A stretch of 64,000 nt of DNA from an uncultured Acidobacteriota bacterium (GTDB lineage Bacteria; Acidobacteriota; Thermoanaerobaculia; Multivoradales; UBA5704), in contig CAVWNC010000003.1 in the NCBI GenBank assembly GCA_963756455.1, positions 1,537,430-1,601,429 of the forward strand. Direction: 5' to 3'. The notes under the pieces are model-generated. The model was not told the origin of the DNA. It ran no database searches and saw nothing but the letters and a program-made list of their open reading frames with translations. The position numbers and the translations under genes were made by a program. This document shows positions 30,100 through 38,767 of the stretch, piece after piece (position 1 is the first letter of the stretch; the number at the start of each line of letters is the position of its first letter).

Positions 30100-31637
30100 T
30101 GCGGCAGCCCGGCGGGCCGTCCGGCTTGCTGCGGCGTCTCGCGGGATGGGCCGGCATAGCGGTCGTGGCCCTCGTCACCTGGGGGCACGTGGGGAGCCCG
30201 GACGTCTACTTCGAGAGCCTCGAAGGCCCCTACCCGGTGCGGGTCGTCATCCGGCCGCCGATCGTCGTTCCCGGGCAGGCGGAGATCACGGTGCGGACGC
30301 TCTCGCCCGCCGGCTCCCCAGCCTCTCAAGTCACCGGCATCGGCGTGCAGCCGGTGGTGTGGAACGCCGGTCCCGAGGGGGTGCCCCCGCCAGAGCCGGC
30401 GCGCCGGGTGCGCGGCGACCTGAGCCTGTGGAGCGCCCAGCTCTGGCTGATGCGCCCGACCTCCTACAGCGTTCGGGTCCAGGTGAAGGGCCCCGCCGGC
30501 ACCGGCACGGTGCTCGTCCCGGTCGTCGCTTTCGCCACCCGCCGCCTCCCCATGCAGCGCGGGATGGCGATCGTCCTCACCGTCCTCGGCGCCTTCCTCC
30601 TCGCCGGAGCCCTCACCGCGATCGGCGCCGCCGTGCGGGAGAGCGAGCTCCCCCCCGGAGTGGAGCCCGATCCGCGGCGCCGGCGCCGGGCCCGCTGGGT
30701 GGTGGTGGGGACCGCGGTCTTCTTCGGCCTCCTCCTCTGGGGCGGCCGGGTCTGGTGGCGCCGGGTCGACGTCGAGTTCGCGCGGACGATCTACCGCCCC
30801 TTCGCGGTCGCCGCGAACGTTCTTCCCGCCGGGCCGGGCCGGGAGCTCACCCTGAAGGTCGATACGCGGAACCGCGAGTGGCTCCCCCTGATCCTCGACC
30901 ACGGCAAGCTCCTGCACCTCTTCCTCGTCCGGGAGCCGGGGCAGGACGCCTTCGCCCACCTCCACCCGGTCCCGCAGAACCGCGACGAGACCGTCTTCGC
31001 CGCCACCCTGCCGCCGCTCCCCGCCGGCTCCTACCGCCTCTACGCCGACGTCACTCACGAGAACGGCTTCGCCGCGACTCTGACGACGGAGGTGGACGTC
31101 CCGCCGCTCGCGCCGAACGCAACCGCGAGCACGCCGGCCTCCCCGGCGCCGGACCCCGACGACTCTTTCCGCACCGATTCCGGAGCCGTGGCCGGCCCCG
31201 GCGGCACCTTTGCCCTCGGCGACGGCCTCACCCTGACCTGGCTGGGGCCGGCCGGATTACGGGTGGCGGGAAAGGATGCCGGCCTCCGCTTCGCTTTCCA
31301 CGGCGCGGACGGCAAGCCGGCGCCGCTCGAGCCCTACATGGGGATGCTCTCTCATGCCGCGATCGTAAGGGACGATACGGATGGGGGTGGCCCGGTCTTC
31401 ATCCATCTCCACCCGGAGGGGACGATCTCCATGGCGGCGCTCCAGTTTTTCGAGAAGCAGCAGGGGAGAGGCGGCGACGGCATGGCCGGAATGGGGAGCA
31501 TGGCGATGTCTCCAGCCGATGGCATCCTCGCTTTCCCCTGGTCGTTCCCCCAGCCTGGCCGCTATCACCTCTGGGTGCAGGTGAAGAGCGGTGGCCGGGT
31601 GCGGACCGGGGTGTTCGCGGTCGATGTAACGAACTGA
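30099..31637 (+). CDS. Hypothetical membrane-anchored periplasmic protein with repeated beta-sandwich-like modules and a His/Met-rich motif (possible metal binding)
   Basis: An N-terminal TM segment is followed by two similar ~120-aa modules, a TM segment, and then HLHP...HLHPEG and GDGMAGMGSMAMS motifs reminiscent of Cu-binding Met-rich loops. Confidence 0.55.
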   Translation: MRQPGGPSGLLRRLAGWAGIAVVALVTWGHVGSPDVYFESLEGPYPVRVVIRPPIVVPGQAEITVRTLSPAGSPASQVTGIGVQPVVWNAGPEGVPPPEPARRVRGDLSLWSAQLWLMRPTSYSVRVQVKGPAGTGTVLVPVVAFATRRLPMQRGMAIVLTVLGAFLLAGALTAIGAAVRESELPPGVEPDPRRRRRARWVVVGTAVFFGLLLWGGRVWWRRVDVEFARTIYRPFAVAANVLPAGPGRELTLKVDTRNREWLPLILDHGKLLHLFLVREPGQDAFAHLHPVPQNRDETVFAATLPPLPAGSYRLYADVTHENGFAATLTTEVDVPPLAPNATASTPASPAPDPDDSFRTDSGAVAGPGGTFALGDGLTLTWLGPAGLRVAGKDAGLRFAFHGADGKPAPLEPYMGMLSHAAIVRDDTDGGGPVFIHLHPEGTISMAALQFFEKQQGRGGDGMAGMGSMAMSPADGILAFPWSFPQPGRYHLWVQVKSGGRVRTGVFAVDVTN

Positions 31638-31737
31638 ATTTGAACGACGAAAGCGGATAGCGAGAGGGCCGGCGCGGGGCCTATTCTCTCTCTTGTCGCC
31701 ACCCCTCCAGGTGGTGCCTTCGAGAGAGAGGGAGATC

Positions 31738-32421
31738 ATGCACACCGTCATCGACCCCGCGATCCTCTACTTCGGTACCCCCGTCGTCCTCGTCAGCACG
31801 GAGAACGAGGACGGCTCGCCCAATTTAGCGCCGATGTCCTCCGCCTGGTGGTTGGGAAAGAGCTGCATGCTCGGCTTCGGCGCCCGTTCGAAGACCCCCG
31901 GAAACCTCCTGCGGACCGGTGAATGCGTGCTCAACCTGCCGTCCGTCGCGCAGGTCGCCGCAGTCGACCGGCTGGCGCGGACGACGGGCTCGAATCCCGT
32001 GCCGCCGCACAAGAGGGCCATGGGCTACCGCTTCGAGCCCGACAAGTTCGGAGTCGCCGAGCTGACCCCGCTCCCTTCCCACACCGTGCGCCCGCCGCGG
32101 GTCGCCGAGTGCCCGGTGCAGCTCGAAGCCGTCCTCGCCGGGAGCCATCCGCTCGCTGCCGGCGATCCCGACCGGCGGGGCAACCTAGTGGGGATTGAAG
32201 TGCGAATCAAAAAGGTTCACATTGAGGAGAGCCTGCTCTTAGCCGGTCACATCGACCGCATCGATCCAGAGAAGTGGCGCCCCCTGATCATGAATTTCTG
32301 CCAGTTCTTCGGCCTCGGCCCCCTCCTCCACCCGTCGCGGCTCGCCGAGATCCCGGAATCCGCCTATCGCCCCGCGGCCCGTCCCGCGGCCCTTCCGCCC
32401 CAACTTCACTCGGCAGCCTGA
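31738..32421 (+). CDS. Flavin reductase-like (FMN-binding split-barrel) domain protein
   Basis: The N-terminal pattern PVVLVST.....PN.APMS....G fits the flavin reductase-like domain. Confidence 0.7.
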   Translation: MHTVIDPAILYFGTPVVLVSTENEDGSPNLAPMSSAWWLGKSCMLGFGARSKTPGNLLRTGECVLNLPSVAQVAAVDRLARTTGSNPVPPHKRAMGYRFEPDKFGVAELTPLPSHTVRPPRVAECPVQLEAVLAGSHPLAAGDPDRRGNLVGIEVRIKKVHIEESLLLAGHIDRIDPEKWRPLIMNFCQFFGLGPLLHPSRLAEIPESAYRPAARPAALPPQLHSAA

Positions 32422-32433
32422 GGAGAGATCGCC

Positions 32434-33504
32434 ATGCTCGACGAACGTACCTGCTGGAACGCGGTTCTCGCCAAGGACGCCGGCCAGGATGGCCGCTTCT
32501 ACTTCGGCGTCTTAACGACCGGAGTCTACTGCCGCCCCTCCTGCCCCGCCCGCAAGCCGCGCCGCGAGAACGTCCGCTTCTACGAGGCGCCCGAGGCGGC
32601 GGAGAAAGCTGGCCTCCGGGCCTGCCTGCGCTGCCGTCCGAAGGAGACGCCGGAGGTCCAGAGCGCGAAGATGGGAGAGATCTGCGACTTCCTCCGTCAG
32701 GCCTCCCTCTCCGGCGAGCCGGTGACCCTGGAGATCTTGAGCGAGCGGGCCGGGATGAGCCCCTTCCGCTTCCAGCGCGTCTTCCGCGCCGCCCTCAAAG
32801 TGACGCCCCGACAATATCTCCAGGCCTGCCGCTTCGAGGCGCTCAAAAAGAGCTTGCGGAGCGAGGGCTCGGTGACGGACGCCATCTACGAGGCGGGTTT
32901 CGGTTCGAGCAGCCGGGTCTACGAACAGACCGACGCGCGTCTCGGCATGACTCCCGCCGAGTACCAGGCGGGCGGCCGGAACCTCGCGATCTCCTGCGCT
33001 TCCTTCGAGAGCCCGATCGGCCGGTTGATGGTGGCCGCTACGGATCGCGGCCTCTGCTTCGTACAGTTCGGAGATTCCCACGAAGCGCTTCTCGCGGCGC
33101 TCCGCAAGGAATATCCCGAGGCCACGATCGAGACGCTGGCGGCGCCCTTCGAGGCGCCTTTCGATCGCTACGTCGAAGCGCTCCGCCGCCATCTCGCCGG
33201 CGACCAGCCGCACTTGGACCTGCCCGTCGCCGTCCGCGCCACGGCCTTCGAGCTCAAAGTCTGGAGCTACCTCCAGTCGATTCCCTACGCCGAAAAGCGT
33301 TCCTACTCCGCCGTGGCCGCCGCGGTCGGCCAACCCCAAGCCGCCCGCGCCGTGGCCCGCGCCTGCGCCGCCAACCGGGTGGCCCTGGTGATCCCCTGCC
33401 ATCGAGTGATCCGGGCGAACGGAGATCCTGGAGGGTATCGGTGGGGGTTGGAACGGAAGAAGCGCCTGTTGGAGGGAGAACGGACGAGCGCCAACGCTCT
33501 GTAG
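32434..33504 (+). CDS. ada: Bifunctional Ada: zinc-finger methylphosphotriester methyltransferase, AraC HTH regulator and O6-methylguanine-DNA methyltransferase
   Basis: An Ada Zn-binding domain (CRPSCPARKP...CLRCRP) is followed by an AraC-type HTH and a C-terminal MGMT active site PCHRVI. Confidence 0.85.
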   Translation: MLDERTCWNAVLAKDAGQDGRFYFGVLTTGVYCRPSCPARKPRRENVRFYEAPEAAEKAGLRACLRCRPKETPEVQSAKMGEICDFLRQASLSGEPVTLEILSERAGMSPFRFQRVFRAALKVTPRQYLQACRFEALKKSLRSEGSVTDAIYEAGFGSSSRVYEQTDARLGMTPAEYQAGGRNLAISCASFESPIGRLMVAATDRGLCFVQFGDSHEALLAALRKEYPEATIETLAAPFEAPFDRYVEALRRHLAGDQPHLDLPVAVRATAFELKVWSYLQSIPYAEKRSYSAVAAAVGQPQAARAVARACAANRVALVIPCHRVIRANGDPGGYRWGLERKKRLLEGERTSANAL

Positions 33505-33564
33505 ACAAACTATACGACGACGGCGGGTGCTAAAATGACGTCTCTCCGATTGGCATGAGGCCCA

Positions 33565-34836
33565 ATGACGAACGTCACTGCCCTGCCCCTCCGCATCGTC
33601 TTCTGCCATGCCTCGCAGCCCGACGGCCTGGACAAGGCTCCGCCTTCTTGGGGTGCCATCACGGCGTCGGAGCTCGAGCTGACACTCTTCGGTGATCCCG
33701 CGAAGGATCGTTCCCGGCGCTGGGAGCCGCTCGATCTCGCCGCCGCCATCCCGCTCAAGGACGACATCGGTTTCCGGACCTTTACGGCTCGGTCACGTCG
33801 GCCGGATGGGAGCCTCCAGCCCGCGGCGGAATTCTTCGACGAGGTGCTGCACACGATTCTGGTCGTGTTCGTGGACGATCTCCTGCAGGGGGATTTGGAC
33901 CTGGTCGACTGGCTGACGGACTGCCTGCGGCACTGCGACGCTTCCTCAGGACGGCACCGCTTCGTGTCCGTGGTACCCGGTGACGAGACGAGGAGACGAT
34001 GTCTCGCTAAGCCCGGTCTCGGAACCCACAATGCGGTCGACTTCTCTCAGCTGGGCGAAGAGGCGGAGCGCCTGGACTGGCTCTCTCTTCAGGTGCTGGA
34101 CTGGGCGATGCAGGCGGCGGCTAGAGGGGCCGGCGAGGGCAAACAGTGGAAAGTGCGATTCTTCGTGTCCCATGCCAAGCGGGACGGAATCTCGCTGGCC
34201 CAGAGCCTGCGGGACCGTGTGAAGGAGATCCACTGGCTGGAGAGCTTCTACGACGCCTGGAGCCTGGACCCGAGCCGGCCGTGGATCGAACAGTTGGAAG
34301 AGGCGGTCGCCTCCTCGGTGGTGGTGGCGCTGCGCACGGACAACTATGACCACCGGCCCTGGTGCCAGGCGGAGGTTCTCTGGGCCGAGCAGCACGGCTC
34401 TCCCCTGATTCTGGTGGATGCGCGGAGCGGCCTCGTCCATGCGGCGAGCAATCTCCCCTATGAGAGCGCTCCCTGTGTGCGGATTCCGGACGGCAATCTC
34501 GTCCGCATCCTGCATGCGGCCTTGCGCGTCGCCCTGCGGGCGCGGATCTTCGTTCGCCGAGCCCAGGAGCTCAAAAACCTGGGACTTCTGAACGGGACGG
34601 TCGAGCTCATCCCGGTCACCCCGGGGCTTCGCGCGATCGTCGGCGCTTGCAGTAAGTTGGAACGTGCAGCGAAGGATGCGGCGAAGAATCCACCGCCCTA
34701 TTCGGTCTGCTACCCCGATCCGGGGCTCCGGGACGTGATCAGCCGGGCGGCGCAGGCGCTGGCCGCGAGTGCCTCGGTTCCGATCCAGATCGTGACTCCA
34801 CGAACCCTGCTTTCCGCTCCGGGGGTGACGGTATGA
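33565..34836 (+). CDS. TIR-domain protein (central TIR with a WC..E catalytic motif) with N-terminal TIR-like and C-terminal unknown regions
   Basis: The central KVRFFVSHAKRDG...LEEAVASSVVVALRTDNYDHRPWCQAEVLWA matches the bacterial TIR fold, including the conserved Glu. The N-terminal ~175 aa (LRIVFCHASQPDG..., ILVVFVDDLL) may be a second, degenerate TIR-like domain. Its stop overlaps the start of the next gene (ATGA). Confidence 0.65.
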   Translation: MTNVTALPLRIVFCHASQPDGLDKAPPSWGAITASELELTLFGDPAKDRSRRWEPLDLAAAIPLKDDIGFRTFTARSRRPDGSLQPAAEFFDEVLHTILVVFVDDLLQGDLDLVDWLTDCLRHCDASSGRHRFVSVVPGDETRRRCLAKPGLGTHNAVDFSQLGEEAERLDWLSLQVLDWAMQAAARGAGEGKQWKVRFFVSHAKRDGISLAQSLRDRVKEIHWLESFYDAWSLDPSRPWIEQLEEAVASSVVVALRTDNYDHRPWCQAEVLWAEQHGSPLILVDARSGLVHAASNLPYESAPCVRIPDGNLVRILHAALRVALRARIFVRRAQELKNLGLLNGTVELIPVTPGLRAIVGACSKLERAAKDAAKNPPPYSVCYPDPGLRDVISRAAQALAASASVPIQIVTPRTLLSAPGVTV

Positions 34837-35762
34837 GCGTCCACGCCCAGCCGCTCGCCGGGCTCCGCGTGGGGATCTCGATCTCTGAGAGCGACGATCT
34901 GGAGGCCCGGGGTTTCACGCGTTCCGCGATGAACCGTCTGACGGTCCGCTTGACCGACGCGTTGCTGGCTGCCGGGGCGACTGTGGTGTTCGGCCACGAC
35001 TGGCGAGAGGACGGCATTATGGATGCCGTCTGCCGCTCCGCCCTTTGGTCTTTCGGAGTTCCGGAGCCGGACGCCCGACCCCCGGTTCTCAACCTGCTCC
35101 CCTGGCCGGATGAAACCCGCGTGGACAGCGAAATTCGCCTCCGTTTGCACCAGGTCATCGACATCCGCTCCGCGGGCCTGCCCGAGAGCCTGCTCAGGGA
35201 GGCTCCAAAGGCAGCGGAGGATCGGGATCTCCGGCGTTACTTGCGTTCTCGCGGCCTCACTCACCTTCGGCGTAGGTTGACGGAGGAGTGTCAGGCACGC
35301 ATTTGCCTGGGCGGTCGAGAGAGCGGATACCAGGGCCGCTATCCCGGGGTCCTGGAGGAGGCGCTGCTCGCGTTCGAGGCACGCCAACCGGTGTATCTGG
35401 TCGGCCTGCTCGGTGGGGTTGCCGAGCACCTGGGCCGCAGCATCCTTGCTCTGCCGAATCCGCGCGCGGGACAGGAGAGGGTCCCTCCCCCGGCAATGGG
35501 GCCTGGAAAGTCTTTGGAAGATCTCTACAGGGACCATCGCGACGGGGACCGCCCCTCTCGTGATCCTTTGGACGACACGAGCTTCGAGTTGGAGCGCGCG
35601 TGGGAGGCTGCAAGAAACGTCGGCCGGGAAAGACTCGGAGACAATCGGCTGGATTACGACGAGGGCCGCCGGTTGGTGGAGAGCCGGTCCGAGGAGGAGG
35701 TGATCATCCTCGTGCTGAGGGGGTTACGGCGGAAGGTTGACCCAGAGAGGAGGCGGCGGTGA
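34833..35762 (+). CDS. SLOG/LOG-like Rossmann-domain protein (putative nucleotide-signal sensor) with a charged C-terminal tail
   Basis: The order of motifs mirrors the LOG/SLOG family: LRVGISISESDD, then TVVFGHDW.EDGIMDAV, then ICLGGRESGYQGRYPGVLEEALLA....PVYLVGLLGG (cf. the LOG PGGyGTleE motif). The assignment is by pattern only. Confidence 0.5.
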   Translation: MSVHAQPLAGLRVGISISESDDLEARGFTRSAMNRLTVRLTDALLAAGATVVFGHDWREDGIMDAVCRSALWSFGVPEPDARPPVLNLLPWPDETRVDSEIRLRLHQVIDIRSAGLPESLLREAPKAAEDRDLRRYLRSRGLTHLRRRLTEECQARICLGGRESGYQGRYPGVLEEALLAFEARQPVYLVGLLGGVAEHLGRSILALPNPRAGQERVPPPAMGPGKSLEDLYRDHRDGDRPSRDPLDDTSFELERAWEAARNVGRERLGDNRLDYDEGRRLVESRSEEEVIILVLRGLRRKVDPERRRR

Positions 35763-35821
35763 GCTCTCTGCCTGGACCTCCGAACCGGGTCAGCTCGGGA
35801 GCGTGGCGGATACGTCTCGCT

Positions 35822-36177
35822 GTCCCGTGGGTCGGCCTCCGAAGCTCGCCTCAGGGGTTGCCGGCGCCGTTGTGGCCTCTTCGCGGGTCGTGCCGCCTGG
35901 CTCGCGGGTCGAAAAACGCCGTTCACGGACCGAAAAACTCGCGAAACGGGCGTTTCGAGGCGCTCGCGCGCCGATATGGCGCCTTACGGGCCAGTTCGCG
36001 GGTTTCACGTGTCGATTTTGGCGTTTTTCGGCCCGGTAAGATCGCGAATCGAGCGATTCGCGCCCTGATTCGACTTGTCGTCGCGTTTTTCGGGACGTGC
36101 GTCGCGTTTTTCGACTCGTCGAGGGCATTTTTCGAGGTTCACGACGGGTTTCCATGCCATATTGGCAGGTGAGGGAG
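35822..36177. repeat. Intergenic repeat, copy B, interrupted by a ~239-bp A/T-containing palindrome-rich insertion (35908..36146)
   Basis: 35822..35907 and 36147..36177 align with copy A (14825..14942). The intervening segment carries CGAAAAAC/GTTTTTCG motifs and perfect hairpins (cgaaacgggcgtttcg; gcgccgatatggcgc; cgcgaatcgagcgattcgcg). Confidence 0.7.
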
Positions 36178-36335
36178 GCCCGTCAAGGGCCATCGTTGAG
36201 GAGGACATACATCGGGTCCTGTTCCCGGATTCGCCTCAGCCCCGGATCTTGGAAGAGCTAAGGGAGGGCGTACGGCAGCACGCAAAAAACCGCCCTACAG
36301 CCGTTGATAGCTCTTCTACACCCAAATCTCCGAAG

Positions 36336-37067
36336 TCATAGAAGCGCCCGTAGATCCAGCGCATTGCGGGTCGCGGCGTCTCGCGCTGTGTTGTCGAAGA
36401 TGCACCAGACGTTCCGCTCCGCCGCTCGGTCCGCTTGGAGGCGCGAGGCCAGGCTTTCGAGGTACTCCCTGGAATACTCCGAGTAGTACATTCTGGGCGA
36501 GCCGTGGAGCCGATAGTAGACGAGACCGCGCCATCCCCCCGGCTCTCCGGCCTCCGGCACCCGCGCGGGATCGGCGGCGACCCGGGCCACCCCGAGATCT
36601 TGGAGGAGATCGGCGACCGGAACCTCGAACCAACTCGGATGACGGGGCTCACAAACTACGGGAATCGACGAAAGCGATCGAAAGTTCGCGAAGAACTCGG
36701 CCACGGGATCGGGCTCGAACCCGAGGCTGGGAGGGAGTTGGACGAGAAAGCATCCGAGCCGGTCCCCCAGGCCGGCCGCCTCGGCGAGAAACGTTTGGAG
36801 AAGACCCCGGGCGTCGCGCAGCCGGAGGCCGTGGGTGATCGCCTTCGGCACCTTGACCGAGAAGCGGAACGAGGAGGGAACGCTGGCGGCCCAGCGGGCG
36901 TAGGTGGATGGGCGATGCGGACGGTAGAAGGAGCTGTTGATCTCGACCGCGTCGAACCGGGCGGCGTACCGCTCCAGGTGGCTGCCCTCCGCGGGGAAGC
37001 ACGCCTGCTCCGCACGCGGCAGGTTCCAGCCGGCGCAACCGACTCTCCAGAGCGGATCAGGCGGCAT
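36336..37067 (-). CDS. DUF72 (YecE-like) family protein
   Basis: VGCAGWN...YA..F..VEINSSFYR..... matches the DUF72 signature. Confidence 0.75.
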   Translation of the reverse strand: MPPDPLWRVGCAGWNLPRAEQACFPAEGSHLERYAARFDAVEINSSFYRPHRPSTYARWAASVPSSFRFSVKVPKAITHGLRLRDARGLLQTFLAEAAGLGDRLGCFLVQLPPSLGFEPDPVAEFFANFRSLSSIPVVCEPRHPSWFEVPVADLLQDLGVARVAADPARVPEAGEPGGWRGLVYYRLHGSPRMYYSEYSREYLESLASRLQADRAAERNVWCIFDNTARDAATRNALDLRALL

Positions 37068-37155
37068 CGGATCACTCGGGGGATCGGCGCTCGGGCTTCA
37101 TGATGCGAAAAAGACAGTGCAAGAGGAGCGCCGACCTCGCATAGAATCCTCGACC

Positions 37156-37671
37156 ATGACTCCCTTGACGACGACCCACCTCGCCCACATCCTCGCGACC
37201 GACTCCGGGATCGACCCGGCCTATCGGCACGCCCCCAAGCGCGTCACCCCGGGGGAGCCGCTCGAAGTGCCGGGGACGTTTCTCAAGTGGTACGGCCTCC
37301 ACGCCGGGGACCGGCCGATTCCCTCCGAGTTGACGCGCCTGGCGCGCGAGCGGCTGACCGGAGCTCCGATCGACGCCAAGGGGATGGGCTTCGTGATCCT
37401 TCACCGCTGCGGAAAAGATTTCTACTTCCTCATCGTCTGCACCTGGCGCAACTCGAACGAGATGTGGCAAACCGTGTTCTACAAGGACGGCGACGCCATG
37501 GCCGAGTTCGAGCTCTTCCCGCGGGACGACGCCCATAAGCCTACGCTCTGTGTCTGGGAGCTGGTGCCCGTCTGGCACGAGCAGCAGGCTTGGTCGCGCC
37601 TCCTCCTCTCCGCGCGGGACGAGGCCGCGGCAGAGGCGTGGCGAGACGATCATTTCGCCGGTCCCGCCTAG
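37156..37671 (+). CDS. Hypothetical protein
   Basis: A 171-aa ORF starting MTPLTTTHL with protein-like composition. No domain is recognised. Confidence 0.45.
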   Translation: MTPLTTTHLAHILATDSGIDPAYRHAPKRVTPGEPLEVPGTFLKWYGLHAGDRPIPSELTRLARERLTGAPIDAKGMGFVILHRCGKDFYFLIVCTWRNSNEMWQTVFYKDGDAMAEFELFPRDDAHKPTLCVWELVPVWHEQQAWSRLLLSARDEAAAEAWRDDHFAGPA

Positions 37672-37715
37672 AGGCGGGAGGGCCGGGAGGCCCTCCCTTC
37701 CTTTCTCTCAGCCCC

Positions 37716-38078
37716 TCAACCTTCCCGATGCACGAGAGTCGGCGAGAAGGCCGGCAGGCAGACGGCGATGTATTCGGCGCCTTCCGGGTCGGGGGTGCTG
37801 TAGCGCACCCACTCGCCGCGGCCGACGACGATCGCCTCTCCGGCTTTGACGTCGTAGGTCTTCTCGCGGGTCTCGACTCGGAGCGCGCCGCGGAGGACGA
37901 CCGTGTATTCGTCGAATTCCGGGGTCTGCGCGGGTTCCTCCCAGCCGCCGGGGCTCGTCATCCGGGCGATGCTCGTCGATTGGGTTCCCGAATTCACATT
38001 GCCGACGAATTCCTCGATCAGCTTGGGCTTGTTGCCCGCGGGAGCGATCCGGGTCGGCGCGGTCAGGTGCTTCACCAT
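37716..38078 (-). CDS. Cupin-domain protein
   Basis: The cupin beta-barrel motifs (G.....H......Y.V.G) are present. The start is at MVKHLT, with an RBS GAAAGGAA that lies inside the upstream 27-bp repeat. Confidence 0.6.
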   Translation of the reverse strand: MVKHLTAPTRIAPAGNKPKLIEEFVGNVNSGTQSTSIARMTSPGGWEEPAQTPEFDEYTVVLRGALRVETREKTYDVKAGEAIVVGRGEWVRYSTPDPEGAEYIAVCLPAFSPTLVHREG

Positions 38079-38086
38079 AGGCTCAA

Positions 38087-38113
38087 TTCCTTTCTCGTCA
38101 AGCCTCGACAGGG
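38087..38113. repeat. 27-bp direct repeat, copy 1 (ttcctttctcgtcaagcctcgacaggg), immediately upstream of the cupin gene
   Basis: It is identical to 38768..38794. Together the two copies bracket the higB-higA cassette. Confidence 0.8.
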
Positions 38114-38125
38114 CGCGAGCTGATC

Positions 38126-38446
38126 CTACCCTGCTCGGTGAGCGGGGATCTTCTCCAACTCGTGGCGTAGTCGTTTCTCGGCATGCCACAGATCGAAGCG
38201 CTGTTGCATGCGAAGCCAGAGCCCCGGCCCGTTGCCGCAGAACTTGCCCAGACGGACGGCCATCTCGGGACTGATGGCCGACTTTCCGGCCAGGACCCTA
38301 TGCAAGGTCTGGCGGGTGACACGAAGCTGGCGTGCCGCTTCGCTCACGGAAAGGTTCAAGGCCGGCAACACGTCCTCCCGCAGAAGCTCTCCCGGATGAG
38401 TGGGTGGGCGGCGAGGTTTCTCAGGCGGTGTCGTTTCTCGGGCCAT
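38126..38446 (-). CDS. higA: HigA-family antitoxin (XRE-type HTH)
   Basis: PTHPGELLREDVL..L.LSVSEAARQLRVTRQTLHRVLAGKSAISPEMAVRLGKFCGNGPGLWLRMQQRFDLW is the canonical HigA signature. The ATG lies 11 nt downstream of the higB stop in the reconstructed frame. Confidence 0.8.
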   Translation of the reverse strand: MARETTPPEKPRRPPTHPGELLREDVLPALNLSVSEAARQLRVTRQTLHRVLAGKSAISPEMAVRLGKFCGNGPGLWLRMQQRFDLWHAEKRLRHELEKIPAHRAG

Positions 38447-38457
38447 ACTCGTCCCCG

Positions 38458-38696
38458 CTAGTGGTATTGCACCAAATCTACCTGCACGGCGCCGTCCTGC
38501 GCCCATTGTACCGCTGCGGCTTGCCCCGCAAAGAATGAAAGTCGAAGCCCGGCACGTTGAGATCCAGCAAACCGGCTGCTTCATCCAGGGCGTCGAGCCT
38601 ACGGATTGCGCGAGCTCGTAGATCCTGCGGTACTTTCCGGCTGGAGCCCGTTTCGAACAACTCCTTGAGCCCTTTGTGCCGGAAGCTCTGGATCAC
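38458..38696 (-). pseudogene. higB: higB (RelE/ParE-superfamily toxin) disrupted by a frameshifting indel
   Basis: The N-terminus MIQSFRHKGLKELFETGSSRKVP...HSLRGKPQR is typical HigB. The track frame then ends in nonsense (YNGRRTAPCR*). The +2 frame continues as ...QWAQDGAVQVDLVQYH* with the family's C-terminal DGDA..VD..DYH-like motif, ending 11 nt before the higA ATG. The total length is ~12 aa short, suggesting a small deletion. Confidence 0.55.
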
Positions 38697-38767
38697 ATGG
38701 AGGAGTGTAACTAGATACGCTACAGTCTGTCAAAGTGGCTCGTTCCCTCCCTGACCATGAACTCACG

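Noticed and set aside
35908-36146. Possible CRISPR array or tandem repeat in the A/T-containing segment
   Set aside because: The CGAAAAAC/GTTTTTCG motifs are short, irregularly spaced and arranged as inverted copies, not as a regular direct-repeat/spacer array. No cas genes are present.
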